From: Aduncisulcus paluster
Lineage: Eukaryota
DNA length: 40,383 bases
Direction of reading: 5' to 3'
NCBI GenBank assembly: GCA_024181965.1
Contig: BQXS01012323.1
Location: forward strand, 1-40,383
Part shown: positions 18,616 through 31,203 of the stretch, piece by piece
Numbering within the stretch: the first letter of the stretch is position 1
Layout of the letters: each line of letters starts with the position of its first letter
Notes under the pieces: generated by a model
Told to the model about the DNA's origin: nothing
Databases searched by the model: none
The model's input: the letters and a program-made list of their open reading frames with translations, nothing else
Made by a program: the position numbers and the translations under genes

Positions 18616-21600
18616 ATGCCCCCAAGAAAAGTGAAAACTCAGTTTGTAGGACCTTCCCACCTTCTAGGTCCTGCTATACTGGATGAAATAATTGCACGAA
18701 GTTGTGACAGTTCGAAAGAAATAAGATCAAAATTGTACTATGATTTTAAAGAAAAGATCTTGGAGTGTTTCACTCATATTCACACCAACTCTCGTCACAT
18801 GCGCCAAGATGCACCCAGAATTGAATGTTGTTGTAAATTCATTTCTAACTGTGTAAAAAACACAAAAGATGAAGTTTCAACACCTGAATTGATTTCTGAT
18901 ATTTTTTTAACATTCATTCCAATATTAATATCTGTAGAAGACTATTTTGGCGATTTCATCACAAAGCTGATATTTTTTATCTGTGAAAATCATGTGAATT
19001 CCATCACTTTGAACCCTTCTTTGACCGATAGCCAACGAATTGAGATGAAGTATGATGTTCTCATTTCCATCCAATCTTCTCTCTCTAAAACTCTCGAGAA
19101 TTTTGCCAAATCCAGATACAAGAAGAAATCTCTTAATTTTCTTGAGAGTTTAGTGCTTAATGTTATGTATAATATCGGATATTTCGCCCCCAGCAAGACA
19201 AGACTCTTAATCCTCAAAATTATTCAGCCTCATTTCCTTAAAAACATTAAATTTTGCGATGAGCCTCCCTTTATTGGTATTTGGATGGGTATCCTCGAAA
19301 TGTTGACGTCTTCCTCATTGGATGGCATCTGTACAGATATCTATCGCACTAAACTACTTTGGGAAGGCAATAGCGAACTTATTAAGGATTTTATTAAGTC
19401 AATATCAAAGTATTTTAAAAGAAAATCCTTTGTTGTAGACGAGATCTATTTGATATTTGGAGTCATTGCCAACATTTGTTCCTGCGATGTGCATTATTCC
19501 TTCATTTTGTACCCGCTCCTTGAGGAATACCTTGACCATTGGTTTAAAATGGTAAAAGAGATAGAAGATGAGGTTTGGGAACTTGATCTCCCTCCTGAAG
19601 GAAAAGAGGAAGAGAGAAAGGAAGAAGAGGAAGAAGAAGAGAAAGAGAAAGAGGAGGATATTCCTGATAAAGAGGAGGATAATGTTGTAGAATATTGTCC
19701 AATTCAGGAGAAAACTATTACTTCGTATCAATCTAATATGCTTCTCTTCTCTCGTCAACTTGGAAAGCTTGTGTCGATGCTTTCTAGGTCACAACCTAAC
19801 CATTTAAAGCTGCATCCAAAGGTCAAGAAAAAGATGAAATGGTTGATGAAAAAAGATGTTGGTTTCCCCCTGTGGCAGAGCATATATCGATCATATTTTG
19901 AGAATATACGCTGTAAATCCTCATTTGTCTCTTCATATGACCTTGAATCGCTTATATCTCGATGTAATGGTGTAGATTTCGAAGATCTTAAAGCATTGTT
20001 TAAAGAAACACATTCTGATGTGTTGAACTTGTTTAAAATTTCCAAGGAAGAAAAAGCTATTTTAAAAGATGAAGGAAGACTTGCGTTATGTTGCTCGTAT
20101 TTCCGTTCTTTCGTGTCTTCATGTTGCAATTCTTCCTCTTCTATCTCTTCAAAAGCACCCATATCCACAGCTCAGCTTTTTGATATCATGAAACACGCTA
20201 TAAAACATATCGTTCGTGTTGAATTTATGCTTGAGGATGTTGTCACGGAAGATCTTTTGTTTATATGTGTTGTATTCTTTAAATATCATAGTTTGAGTGC
20301 ATCTATGGCATGGAAAAGAGTCAAGAAAACCATTGCCAAGGTTCTTGAAAGAGGAATTCAACATAAACTAAACTCTTGTGTTGTTCGGCTTTGTCTTAGT
20401 CTTATTGAGTTATTTTGTCGCCATTTGACACTTTCTGAAGAGCGTGACGAGCTCTATTCCATTGTTCGGCCCTATGTTTTGCTGTGGCTGAAAAGGTTCA
20501 ATAAGAAAGAGTTTATACTTAGATGGTTCAGCATTCTCTCGTATTTTTCAATCAATCATGAGAATTCTCCACATTTGCCTCACTGCAAAGAATTGTATCA
20601 TCTTGTGTTTCCTTTTATCTCTAATTTGTTACATACGTCGATCAAACCCTGTGATATATTCCAATCTCTGATAGAATTCGATGGAATCGAAACATCAATT
20701 TATGGTCATCGGATATTTTATTTTCTTTCTTCTCTCATAAAATCGGATGAAACAAGGGCCCATGAAATATATTCCATTATTTCTGATCTATTACTGCCTT
20801 GGCATTGTACAATAGGGGCACTGAAGACTAAAGAAGATGTTGGGAAAGAAGAGGAGAAAAGAGCAGAACAAATTATTGTATTCCTTAGAGCTTGGGGGTG
20901 TTTAATCTCATCTTTTTCTCATTATATAGAATTGATTCCTCACATGTACCAATATTATGATCATATGAAAAAGATCGACCAACAATCTTCTTCTTCCTCC
21001 TTATACATTAAACAATTTATTCAAAATATTAAGAAATTTGAACAAGAAAAGGAGAAAGAGAAAGAAATGGCAGATAAAGAATCAAAAAAGGAACTCGAAT
21101 CGTCACAAAATAATTGGACAGAAGCGGATGAAGAGCGACTTTCTCAGCGCGTTAAGGAAGCAGAAGATCGTATTCGTCGAGAATATGAGACGAAATTCCA
21201 AGATTTAGAACAAAAATTCGAATCTCTTTTGTCAAAAGGTATGGAGCAATCCAAGTCTTTTGAGAAGGAGATTAAACATCATATTGATGAAAGAGACGCA
21301 AGCTTTAAGAAGCGATTATCGTCGTTTGATGACGAATTACTCAATATCAATAAGATTGTTCAAGCTCAGAAAGATGCAACACCTTGTTCACAGACTCAGA
21401 GTATTAGTCAATTGTCACTAACTGCCACAGACTCAAATGATCCATCAACTTTTGCCTCTGCTTTCACAGATCCAACACAGAATGTATTACCGAGATCATC
21501 TACTCAGCTTTCAAAGCATCCATCATCATTTCCTCACTCTTTGAGACCACCTGTGTCTAAATTTAGACTTCCAGATTGTGATCAAGGAACAATGAATGGT

Positions 21601-22882
21601 CATTTATCATCCCACGATCCCGCGTCACATGCACGAAGGATCTCCACTTCACATGTTCATTTTGATGACCGAATTACTCAATATCAATAAGATTGTTCAA
21701 GCTCAGAAAGATGCAACACCTTGTTCACAGACTCAGAGTATTAGTCAATTGTCACTAACTGCCACAGACTCAAATGATCCATCAACTTTTGCCTCTGCTT
21801 TCACAGATCCAACACAGAATGTATTACCGAGATCATCTACTCAGCTTTCAAAGCATCCATCATCATTTCCTCACTCTTTGAGACCACCTGTGTCTAAATT
21901 TAGACTTCCAGATTGTGATCAAGGAACAATGAATGGTCATTTATCATCCCACGATCCCGCGTCACATGCACGAAGGATCTCCACTTCACATGTTCATTTT
22001 GATGACCGAATGGCATCTGTAGAAGAGCGTGAAAGTGGTCATATCGTTCCAACAATAGTTGTGGAAGTGTCAGAGACTTCTCATGAAGAGGATATGAGTC
22101 TTTTGCGTTCCCCATTCTTATCATCAATATCACAATCCATTTCGTCTCAATCTTTCATTGCTTCATCTCCTTCTTTCTCATCCAGCACCTCAAGTTCACA
22201 GTCCATGTCTAACAAACAGGATCATTCAATTGCTCTAGAGAGAGAGAAAAGGAAAGAAAGTGAGTGTGTTTCAGAACAATCTCTCTCTCGAGAATCCCAA
22301 AGTATTCTCTATGGAAGAAGACGGTTCTTTCAAGAGCCATTCTCTCACTCCGACTCCCATGTTTCCTCCTCTCACTTTCCCACTCAAGGAGCTCACCAGT
22401 CATCAATACGTTGTGCCAATCCCAGTGATACTTCCTTGATGGTTCCCTATCAAAGCCATGCAAAGTTACACTCTCCTTCCTTCTCATCTGACCGTGCTAA
22501 GTTACCTTCTACAAGGATTTTACGTGATTTTGAGTCTGATGTGGCTGCAAAAACAAGTATTGTGTCGGCAGATATGCCTCATTTTTCAAGTATGAAGGAA
22601 GAGGAGAAAGAAGATAGATCTGGGATTCGGAGATTGCATTTTTCTTCACTCAGTGACCATAGTCCTGTTTCAAGAAGTGGTTCTCAAATTAGTGAATCAG
22701 ATTATGTCCACGATCTGTTCGAACCAACTATCAGTTTGTTTACTCATGGTTCAATCAATGCTAATCAATTGCGACAGATTGTTTTTGCATGGTCATTGGA
22801 ACAGCAAAAGAAATTCCATATGTTCCTCGTATCGACCCTTGGATATCCTGCTCTGAAACGGTTGTTTCCCAAAAATAGTTGA
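18616..22882 (+). CDS. Large hypothetical protein: helical/ARM-like N-region, coiled coil, Ser-rich tail; about 1309 aa after collapsing a 337-nt duplication
   Basis: ORFs 18616-21690 and 21596-22882 fuse in frame if one repeat copy is removed. Confidence 0.75.
21325..22011. repeat. Ungapped 337-nt tandem duplication
   Basis: GAATTACTC... occurs at 21334 and 21671; the unit is bounded by microhomology TTTGATGAC(C)GAAT. Confidence 0.95.
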
Positions 22883-23081
22883 ATTTAATCATTAAATTTA
22901 ATGCCAATAAGTAGATCTTACTTAACGTGGGATGTATTGACCTTATCTGGAAGATTTCTCTGACGTAGTGCGACGCACCATCATAAAACACTTATGCATA
23001 AAGACTTTTATTTTGGGAACATTTCAACTCACTTTCTCATTTCAGTCGATCTATAAATAGATAATCTAAAAATAGAATATT

Positions 23082-25669
23082 CTATTTCTTCCCAAATAAT
23101 CTTCCCCAAAGTGATTTCTTCTCCTTTTCTTGTGGTTTGAATTCTTCAGCTATATTCAAGAAGCACATTTTAGGGAATAACACGGGAATATCGATTGATT
23201 TCTTTTTGGGAGCACAATGTTCTGTCTCATCATCAGATTTCACCTCAGACTTTCCAACTTCCTCAACTTCAAACTTCTCTTCACCACACACAGCTCCACA
23301 AGTCAAAAGAACTTGTTGGGCAATGAGTTTACAAGACTCGATCAACAAGCCCAGGAATTCAACCTGATTGCCACCTTCAGCAAGAGAAGATGAGAATTTT
23401 GAGCATATCTGGAGAGCAGCAGAAGCACGATCCATTGCCAAAACAGTTAGTAAAGCTACAGAAGAGTCAGCGGTTGGAAGGATAAGGGGAGAAGGGGTTT
23501 GGTTAGTTTGGGCAGAAGGCTGTGACTGCTTTCCTTTCTTTCCCTTCCCTTTCTTTCCTCCTTTTCCACCGGATTGTTTCTGCTTTAATTTATCCTTTTC
23601 CTTTCGATCATGAGTCTCTTTCTTAATTTTCAGCATATCTGGAGAGCAGCAGAAGCACGATCCATTGCCAAAACAGTTAGTAAAGCTACAGAAGAGTCAG
23701 CGGTTGGAAGGATAAGGGGAGAAGGGGTTTGGTTAGTTTGGGCAGAAGGCTGTGACTGCTTTCCTTTCTTTCCCTTCCCTTTCTTTCCTCCTTTTCCACC
23801 GGATTGTTTCTGCTTTAATTTATCCTTTTCCTTTCGATCATGAGTCTCTTTCTTAATTTTCAGCATATCTTGCACAATGGAAGCACCTTCCTTCGATTTG
23901 GTGGAGCGTGAGGCATGGCAGAGGGTTTGTACGGCTCCGACGACACAAAGTACGGCCACAGCCGGGATATACAGCTGAGTCTTGGAAGCTCCTTTCATAA
24001 CCGAAGCAACTCCATCACGCAAAGTGTCCTCAATATCACAACTCAAGATAGCCTTCCTTGTTGGACGGGCAAAGGAGTAATTGTACTCGGCGGAACAAAG
24101 GGGGGCAACATACGCGGCGGACATATCGATATTTGTTGTTGAGGTTGGGGCAATAAACCCGCAGCCCATTGAAGCCTTCCGAGCAGCTGTTTTAAGAGCA
24201 ATCACAAGCACAATGCGTGATAGCTCAGCAGAAAGAACAGAATGGATGTGAGATAGAGCTCCGAGAAGCCATTTGGGCAAATGGGACCCAATAGTCGATT
24301 TCGGGAGCTGGAGTGTGACTTTGTGATACATACAAGAGAACTCAGCAAGGAGTTTTGAGAGAACATCCAATGATAGGTCAAACAATGCTTCATATCCTCT
24401 TTTTTCATCCTTATCATCTCCAGAGTCATCTCCTTCTTTCTCAGGGCTATAAATGGAACTAATCTTGCGATTTAATCCCTTGATTTCGTCTACCATTTCC
24501 ATCTTCACTTGTATAGTCTCGCCACAGAGGAAAACTGGATACTGCTCGACAGTGATAGGCAAAGGATATCTGACGACACCATCATAGCATTGCATTGATT
24601 TTAATAGGGCTGCTTCAGACTGCTTGGCTTGTTGCTGCTTCTTCTTCTGCTTTTTTGTGAGTTTCTTCTGATCTGACAATTCTTCCTCTTCCTCTTCCTC
24701 TTCCTCCTCTTCTTCTTTGCCTTCCTCAGCACTCTCACCTTCCTCTTCCTCTTCTTCCTCTTCCTCTTCGCCCTCATCGGGATATCCTCCTACAGAAAAG
24801 ACCTCTCCACCACTCACTCCTCCTCCAATTCCCCCTCCACTTTGTTTGACAAGGGATTCAATACCAGGCATGATCCGCTCACGCTCTGTCGCACAGAGGG
24901 CCTCAACATCTTCTTCGGAGAGTCCCATTTCATCGCTGGTTAGGATGTAGGAACAGTAACGGTGAAGAGGAGAGAGAGAAGAGGAGAGAGAAGAGGAGCT
25001 GGTGGATGTGATGGCAGATAGAGTCGAAGTCAGAGTTGTAAGATCGTGTTTGACAATTTTTTCTTGATTAGCAAGGAATCTATAACGTTCGATTGTCTTA
25101 TCTGATCCATCTCCAGATTCAGATATCAAAGAAGTTGGGAGTTGCTCAATTTCTTTCTTTTTGAGACCAATTTCTTTCAATTTACGGATTTTAGGAGCAA
25201 CATTATTCTTACAAATGTCAACGATAGCTTCTTTGATTAATTCAGCACGGACACATGCTAACAACCCATCAAGAGCCTCTTCTTTTTGAGAAAGGGCAAC
25301 AGCATCAAGAACACATGCATAAAAAGCAGCTTGAAGGGTTGTAAATGGGTCACAGAGCTCTCTTGCAAGGTATTCCAATTCTCTTCCATACTTGGCAGCA
25401 ACAGTAAACCTACTGTTGATCCTACGCTTAATCTTGTTGAAATTAATGGAGGAAGAAGAAATTTCATCGGGATCAGGATCTTGAAGATGTCTTATCTCCA
25501 TACCATGAACCCAAGCACGCTCTGCTTGTAGCAGAACGCTAAAGACCAACTTGGGGCCACGGGGTGGAGCTAATTTGCGAATCTGGGAAGAAAGATGCGA
25601 ATGATAATCAGTTAATGCTTGAATGCCATTCGTATCTCTCCTCCCAAAGTTGAGTAACCTAATATTCAT
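23082..25669 (-). CDS. SRP68: Signal recognition particle subunit SRP68 (divergent); about 785 aa after collapsing a 230-nt duplication
   Basis: N-terminal NG....DYHSHLS.QIRKL, LLQAERAWVHGMEIR, SRF..AAKY..EL..L, D..T.LQA..Y; C-terminal P..PKMCFLNIA...SLWGRLFG resembles the SRP68 KPLFFDLA...G.LWG tail. Confidence 0.8.
23402..23870. repeat. Ungapped 230-nt tandem duplication
   Basis: AGCATATCTGGAGAG... occurs at 23402 and 23632; the unit is bounded by microhomology AATTTTnAGCATATCT. Confidence 0.95.
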
Positions 25670-25868
25670 CTCAGAAAAATCATGTTATTTTCTATTCTCC
25701 AATCAATCAATTTAGAAAAGATACTATAATAAAAAAATCACATTTATACAAGATAAATCGACGAAATCAATAAATTTATTCAAAAAATATATCGAAATCG
25801 AGTGGAGATTATTGAAACCCTTTTTCTGGACTAATCAATATTTTTTATACATCAAAACTTCAACTTTT

Positions 25869-27167
25869 ATGGAACAAAAACAACTTGGAACAGAATATGA
25901 AGATATTTGTCTCATGATTCATGATATAGAGAAGGATAGAAAAGCTGATGGAATTCCATTACATAGAGATGATGATTTTTGGGAAGAGGTTTGTACTTCA
26001 TTAGGTATTGATCCTATATATACGAATGATGTCAGAGAATGTTATGTTCAGAAACATGACATCGAAGGCATTGATGATGAAATTTATACAGTTGAAAAGA
26101 TCATTTCTCATAAAAAAATTGGGGGAGAATACATGTATCAGGTTAAATGGGATGGTTATGATGAAATATCCTGGATAGAAGGCGCTAATTTTGTCGATAT
26201 GGCTATGGTTGATGCATATTGGGAAGATTTCAAACAGCGAAAGAAAGCGAAAACCGCAAAGAAAAAGACAAAAATGGTTTCTATTTCTAAGGAAAAAGAT
26301 GTTTTAGAGGACGATAAGCAAGGGAAACCTATAATTATTGATATTGATACAGATTTACCTAAAAAAAAGCCCGATACCACTTATAAAACATTTTCAGACC
26401 ATACTGACGGTGAGATTGTTGATGTCTCCCCTGTTTTAATCCAACCAACCGACGCTATTGTTGTTTCAACCACCGATATAAATCCTCCGTCTCTATCTTT
26501 GGCAATACAGAATGAAGAAGAGGAACAGGAGATCACAAAAATGGTCACCAAGGTTTCCAAAGATGATCATAAAAAAGATGAAGAAAAAGATGAAGAAAAA
26601 GAGAAGAAACAGAAAGAATCTCAACCAATCGAAAGGGTTATCCCAAGTTTTCAAGGGGAATTTTCACCTCAAAAGAAACCAGCTACTCCAAAGAAAACCG
26701 TCAAAAAACCAGGATTATCAGAATTTGAAAAATATGAACAAGCATCTCTCTCTATTAAGAATGGGGAAGTTTTGAAATTGGCAGATTCCTTAACCATCTG
26801 GAATTCCCTTGGATTCTGCGATTTCATTGTTTTTCTTGGTGACGATTGGTTTGATGGGCTTCAATGGCAGGGAATCTCTATTCATCAAGGCCAAAGCTTT
26901 ATAATATGTTCGCCTCACGATGACCCTTCAAAAATATATGAAATTAATGTTGACGATATCTTTAGAATTCGTCCTGAGAACATACTAGACTATTATTCAA
27001 TGATTACGATAGAACTTGGACCTCCCAGCAAATGGCCTGTGGAGAAGGGAGTAGAGGGTGCTAGTGAAAAGATTACCTTTAGATCTGATCCAAATGATGA
27101 AGATGGAATTAATATTTTGATTAAAGTAGATGGGAAATCTCAGTTTTGTCCACACAGTAAAAAATGA
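25869..27167 (+). CDS. Chromodomain protein with a possible degenerate N-terminal ARID-like segment
   Basis: YTVEKIISHK...YMYQVKWDGYDEISW is a chromodomain with an intact aromatic cage. WEEVCTSLGI...VRECY resembles ARID helices. Likely ATG at 25869. Confidence 0.82.
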   Translation: MEQKQLGTEYEDICLMIHDIEKDRKADGIPLHRDDDFWEEVCTSLGIDPIYTNDVRECYVQKHDIEGIDDEIYTVEKIISHKKIGGEYMYQVKWDGYDEISWIEGANFVDMAMVDAYWEDFKQRKKAKTAKKKTKMVSISKEKDVLEDDKQGKPIIIDIDTDLPKKKPDTTYKTFSDHTDGEIVDVSPVLIQPTDAIVVSTTDINPPSLSLAIQNEEEEQEITKMVTKVSKDDHKKDEEKDEEKEKKQKESQPIERVIPSFQGEFSPQKKPATPKKTVKKPGLSEFEKYEQASLSIKNGEVLKLADSLTIWNSLGFCDFIVFLGDDWFDGLQWQGISIHQGQSFIICSPHDDPSKIYEINVDDIFRIRPENILDYYSMITIELGPPSKWPVEKGVEGASEKITFRSDPNDEDGINILIKVDGKSQFCPHSKK

Positions 27168-27515
27168 TTAATATCTATATTTTCTATGTATGATATAAAT
27201 AAGTCAAATTTTAAATCATATTTTATTATTTATAATTTGTGAATAGCCTTTTTTCAATGAAGATTTTTAATTTTATTCCTCTAGGGGGTATTTTAACCCT
27301 AATACCAAATTCAAGAGGTTAAATAAAGTCAAAATATCAATATTAAACATAAATGATCGTTTTTGATGAGTTTACCTTCAAAATATGAAAGTCGATTATC
27401 ATAATCACTGGATGATCCAGTTTTCATTTTTTGCTTACGTTTTTCGGTTGTAATAATCATTGTTTTCATTTTTTTTTTTGAAATATTGATTAGTTTTAAC
27501 ATCTCATACCGGTAA

Positions 27516-29798
27516 ATGAAAAAACAAAGCGGACGAAGTGGGTTGGCTCCGATTCATCATTCTTGCAGACCCATCTGTAAGGACAAAGGCCAATTTATTT
27601 TGTCAAATAATATTTTACTGCAGTATCACGATAGAATATTACTTCTTTTCAAGAAATTGGAGGGTCATTTTCTCAGCCGTTTCGTAAAGTATGATGTAAA
27701 AGGCTCGCGTATGAATTTCCCAACTCAAAAAAACCTTATGGAAATTATTCGTCAATTAAACTCTCAAATGAATGTATCTTCAATTGAATTCGCGCATTTT
27801 TCTGCCGTGTTGGATCTGCTCTCTGAAACACTCCTAAAAGATCCGAAACCGGATTTCTATATATCACTAAAGAATTGTTCTGGCGTTTTTAGTGGAATTG
27901 CGTTTATTATTATCAAACTTTATGATGATAGACCAGTTAGTTTACCCTGTTTTGCAAAATTCGTTGGTATGGATAAAACGAATTTATTTACAATTGAACT
28001 TGCCATTTTATGTGCAATTGGATGGAGACCGCACATGCCCAGGCATCTCCTTGCCAAATATCAGAAAAGAATGTTGAGTCTTGACTGGTCAGATTCAGTT
28101 GGGTGGAAAGATTTTGAAAAATATCCTCCTCATTCACCAAAATCTTCTTCTTCTTCTCAGGTCCATAATAACCCGAATATTTCTCTTATTAATCCTTTAT
28201 TTCCAATGAATCCCTTGGTCTCAAAAAAGGCCGTTCCTTCCGATCTAGACATTGATCATTTTCGTTCAGTTCGCTCAATTTCTCCTATTCTCACTGTTTC
28301 TGAAGCTAAATATATTGATAAATCTCATATAGAGCCTCTTCCTCGCGCCAATTCTCCATCAACTCTTTGTCATTCTGTTCTTCCATCTTCTGTTGATCGT
28401 GTCTCTATATCTGTGAGTGAGAGTCCAGACCAGGTTTCAGCGTTTTCTCCACCATGTATTTCATTTGAGGGTAATAGACCTACTGTAAGTGAATCCAAAC
28501 CTCTTTCTTCTACTCTTCCATCAATCCATACTCTTTCGTCTGTCCATACTTCCAAAGTTAAAGGTTCCAATGATGCCGATATCCCTCATTCTGCCATGGT
28601 TGTTGATGAGGGTTGCGTTCAACACGATGCTGATGCCCCCCCTCCTCTCGTGCTTCCTGTATCTTCTTGTGAACATTCCCAGCCTCATTCAGTTGATCTC
28701 GGTGCAATATCACAGTCAAATCCATCGATAACATCATTCTCAACGCCCAGAGAATCACTCGATTGTGATGCTTCCCAACAAATGCAAATGCAAGGAACTC
28801 GAAGTGTTGAGGAAATGAATATTATCTTTGAAGAATGTGATGATGAAAGATCCTATGACAAAGATACGAAGGATAATGATCTTCGAGAAACAGAAGTTCT
28901 TGAAGCGGCAACAGTTGTCGATATACCCATGTGTTCGATCCAAAAACATCGTTCCCAACGTTCAAACTCTGTGTCATATTTTTGTTCAACTTCTCTTAGT
29001 CGTCCCTCTTTGATGGATACTAAGGAGGCCAATTATTTATCCCATTCACACGCACAGGCCGGTCATCCGAGTTCAGTTCCCTTGTCAACTCTTCCATCTC
29101 GCCCTCACAGTTCAGGTACCCTTATCGAACGTTCTATTCTCGATGGCGAAGATGAGGTGCTTAGCGTATCCGAGATTACCGAGACCAGTATCAAAATGGA
29201 ACATGGTTGGTGGAATCTCAGAGTTGAGAGCGATGAAACAGACGAACTTGAAGGCTCACAGCAGACCTCAAATAGTCAAGATCATGCAAGTCATGATTCT
29301 GGCTCAAAATTTAGGAAAGGAAATTCAATATCCAACTCAATTCCAATTCTCATTGTGCCACCTCAGTGTGATTTTCCATATTCTTCAGACACTGCCACCT
29401 CAATAAGTTGCTCGAATTGCACTCAACACGCCGTGCCAAGTCTAGCAATCTCTTCAAAAGCAAGTGAATTCAAACTACCGTTGCTTCCCAGCATGAAGCA
29501 ACTTGATTTGTCTGTCATTGAGCAACATCGACTCAGGACAAGCTCTGGATCCTCGTCAAACTCTCATGGTTCTTCTATGTGTGGGAGAAGCAAGGCATAT
29601 TCTGATCAGGGTTTGATAACAATGAGTGGAATGGCATGTAGTCCTATCTATTCGTACTCTCCATCCTCAACAGCATCTGTGCGCCATCCGTCATCGATGC
29701 GCGCAATTGATGTGAAAGTCAAGAAAAGTCCTGTTGAAGATCATCTTGATTATGAATATCCTTCATCTTGTTCCACCAAAATAGATCGTTCTGGGTGA
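27516..29798 (+). CDS. PHO80/cyclin-P-like cyclin with a long Ser-rich disordered tail
   Basis: IAFIIIKLYDD......FAKFVGM....L..IELAIL.AIGW matches the PHO80-type cyclin box (K..DD, LE..FL..L.W). Confidence 0.72.
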   Translation: MKKQSGRSGLAPIHHSCRPICKDKGQFILSNNILLQYHDRILLLFKKLEGHFLSRFVKYDVKGSRMNFPTQKNLMEIIRQLNSQMNVSSIEFAHFSAVLDLLSETLLKDPKPDFYISLKNCSGVFSGIAFIIIKLYDDRPVSLPCFAKFVGMDKTNLFTIELAILCAIGWRPHMPRHLLAKYQKRMLSLDWSDSVGWKDFEKYPPHSPKSSSSSQVHNNPNISLINPLFPMNPLVSKKAVPSDLDIDHFRSVRSISPILTVSEAKYIDKSHIEPLPRANSPSTLCHSVLPSSVDRVSISVSESPDQVSAFSPPCISFEGNRPTVSESKPLSSTLPSIHTLSSVHTSKVKGSNDADIPHSAMVVDEGCVQHDADAPPPLVLPVSSCEHSQPHSVDLGAISQSNPSITSFSTPRESLDCDASQQMQMQGTRSVEEMNIIFEECDDERSYDKDTKDNDLRETEVLEAATVVDIPMCSIQKHRSQRSNSVSYFCSTSLSRPSLMDTKEANYLSHSHAQAGHPSSVPLSTLPSRPHSSGTLIERSILDGEDEVLSVSEITETSIKMEHGWWNLRVESDETDELEGSQQTSNSQDHASHDSGSKFRKGNSISNSIPILIVPPQCDFPYSSDTATSISCSNCTQHAVPSLAISSKASEFKLPLLPSMKQLDLSVIEQHRLRTSSGSSSNSHGSSMCGRSKAYSDQGLITMSGMACSPIYSYSPSSTASVRHPSSMRAIDVKVKKSPVEDHLDYEYPSSCSTKIDRSG

Positions 29799-29831
29799 AT
29801 ATGAATCAGTTTGAATATACAAAGGTGTTCA

Positions 29832-29911
29832 ATATATATATATATATATATATATGTGTGTATATATTGAAATAATTTATCTATTGATTTTGATTTTTTT
29901 TTTTTTTTTTT
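29832..29911. repeat. (TA)n microsatellite and poly-T tract in the 3' flank
   Basis: About 12 TA units followed by a long T run. Confidence 0.85.
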
Positions 29912-31070
29912 TCTACATTCTGGGTTTCTATCTATTTGATACTAAATTTCCACTCATGTTTCAGTTTTTGAATTTATTTTTGAAAACAGGTATTTAATTT
30001 TATTGTTTTTGGTTAAAAATCATATTGAAGGGGAGAACATACACTTTTTTATTATTGTTATTAAAATACAATATTCCCACAAATCACGCATTTCGTCATT
30101 ATTTTTCTATATTTTTATATTATTCATTTTCTGTTCTATGGCTTAATCTATTTGTATAATTTCTATTTTTATCTTCCTTTTTTCTATGCGGATCTCCCCT
30201 CTTCACTCCCATTCATATTATTTTCAAATTTTTTATTATTTTATTATTATTATGTGGTAAATATATTATATTATTTTTATCCTTTTCGTAATTTGGTTTT
30301 TTGCATGCCAAATATTACATTGATGCAAATATTAGGAATTTTGTATATACAATATTATATTTATGTATATACTTATATATATTATTGCATTGTATCTTAA
30401 ATGAAATCTTATCTCACCAGGTTATTCGGGTTCCGGATGCAAAGGTTTCTGTTTCTGAAACAATATTCCATTTCTGTTCAATACCAATGTTCTTTTTTTA
30501 AAATTATTGAATCAATGTATTCTTGGCATTCATCTTCGCAATTATTATTATTATTATTATCATTTTTTTTTTTTTTTTTATTTTTCTTTTTTTTTGTTGT
30601 TGTTGGTTTACGTTGGAGAACTTCCTGAAATTTATGGCAACGGTTTTCTCTGAAATTAAGAAATACATACATCATGTGTGCACACATGAAAAATGAAAAT
30701 AAATCGCTATTTTCTCAAATGAATTGAAGTATTATCCCATGATTCACGATAGACTAGAATTCTATTGACAAAAACCATAAGAAGTTTATCAAATTTCAAA
30801 AAAAGGAGAGATATGGACATAAAATTGAAATTATTACGAGAAAGAATATATAAATTTTAATCGTATCAACGACACAGGCAAATCGGAAATTCAAACCATT
30901 TGTGTGTGTGTATGATAAACATAATCACTAGAAATCAATAAAAATGACAGAAAAAGCTCAATAAATATGATCAAGACGGATTAGAAGAAACTAATAATTG
31001 TCAATCCTGCCAAAATTGATACTCTTTTTTTGTGAGATCGAACGTCACGCACAAATTTACACGGTGTAAA

Positions 31071-31148
31071 ATGATGACTGAAATAAATCCTATCGTGTAC
31101 TATAAGAGTAGTACTGTTTACAATCCTATTGTCGCCGATTTTCCCTGA
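31071..31148 (+). ncRNA. Box C/D snoRNA candidate
   Basis: Perfect C ATGATGA (31071) and D CTGA (31145), 78 nt in total, internal GTACTA/TAGTAC stem. The D guide GCCGATTTTCC gives 11 bp (2 G-U) with conserved LSU GGGAAGUCGGC. Confidence 0.45.
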
Positions 31149-31203
31149 AAATAAAATTTTATTCTTGAATTATGTGGATATTTATTGATTTCTTAGATAA
31201 CGA

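Noticed and set aside
22915-23020. TACTTAACGTGG, a GTGCG-A-CGCAC hairpin and a Sm-like ATTTTGG suggesting an snRNA
   Set aside because: No proper U1, U2, U4 or U5 signature, and the region fits overlapping 3' UTRs.
21325-23870. Tandem repeats as CRISPR arrays or mobile elements
   Set aside because: They are two-copy duplications of coding sequence with no spacers, TIRs, TSDs or transposase/RT genes.
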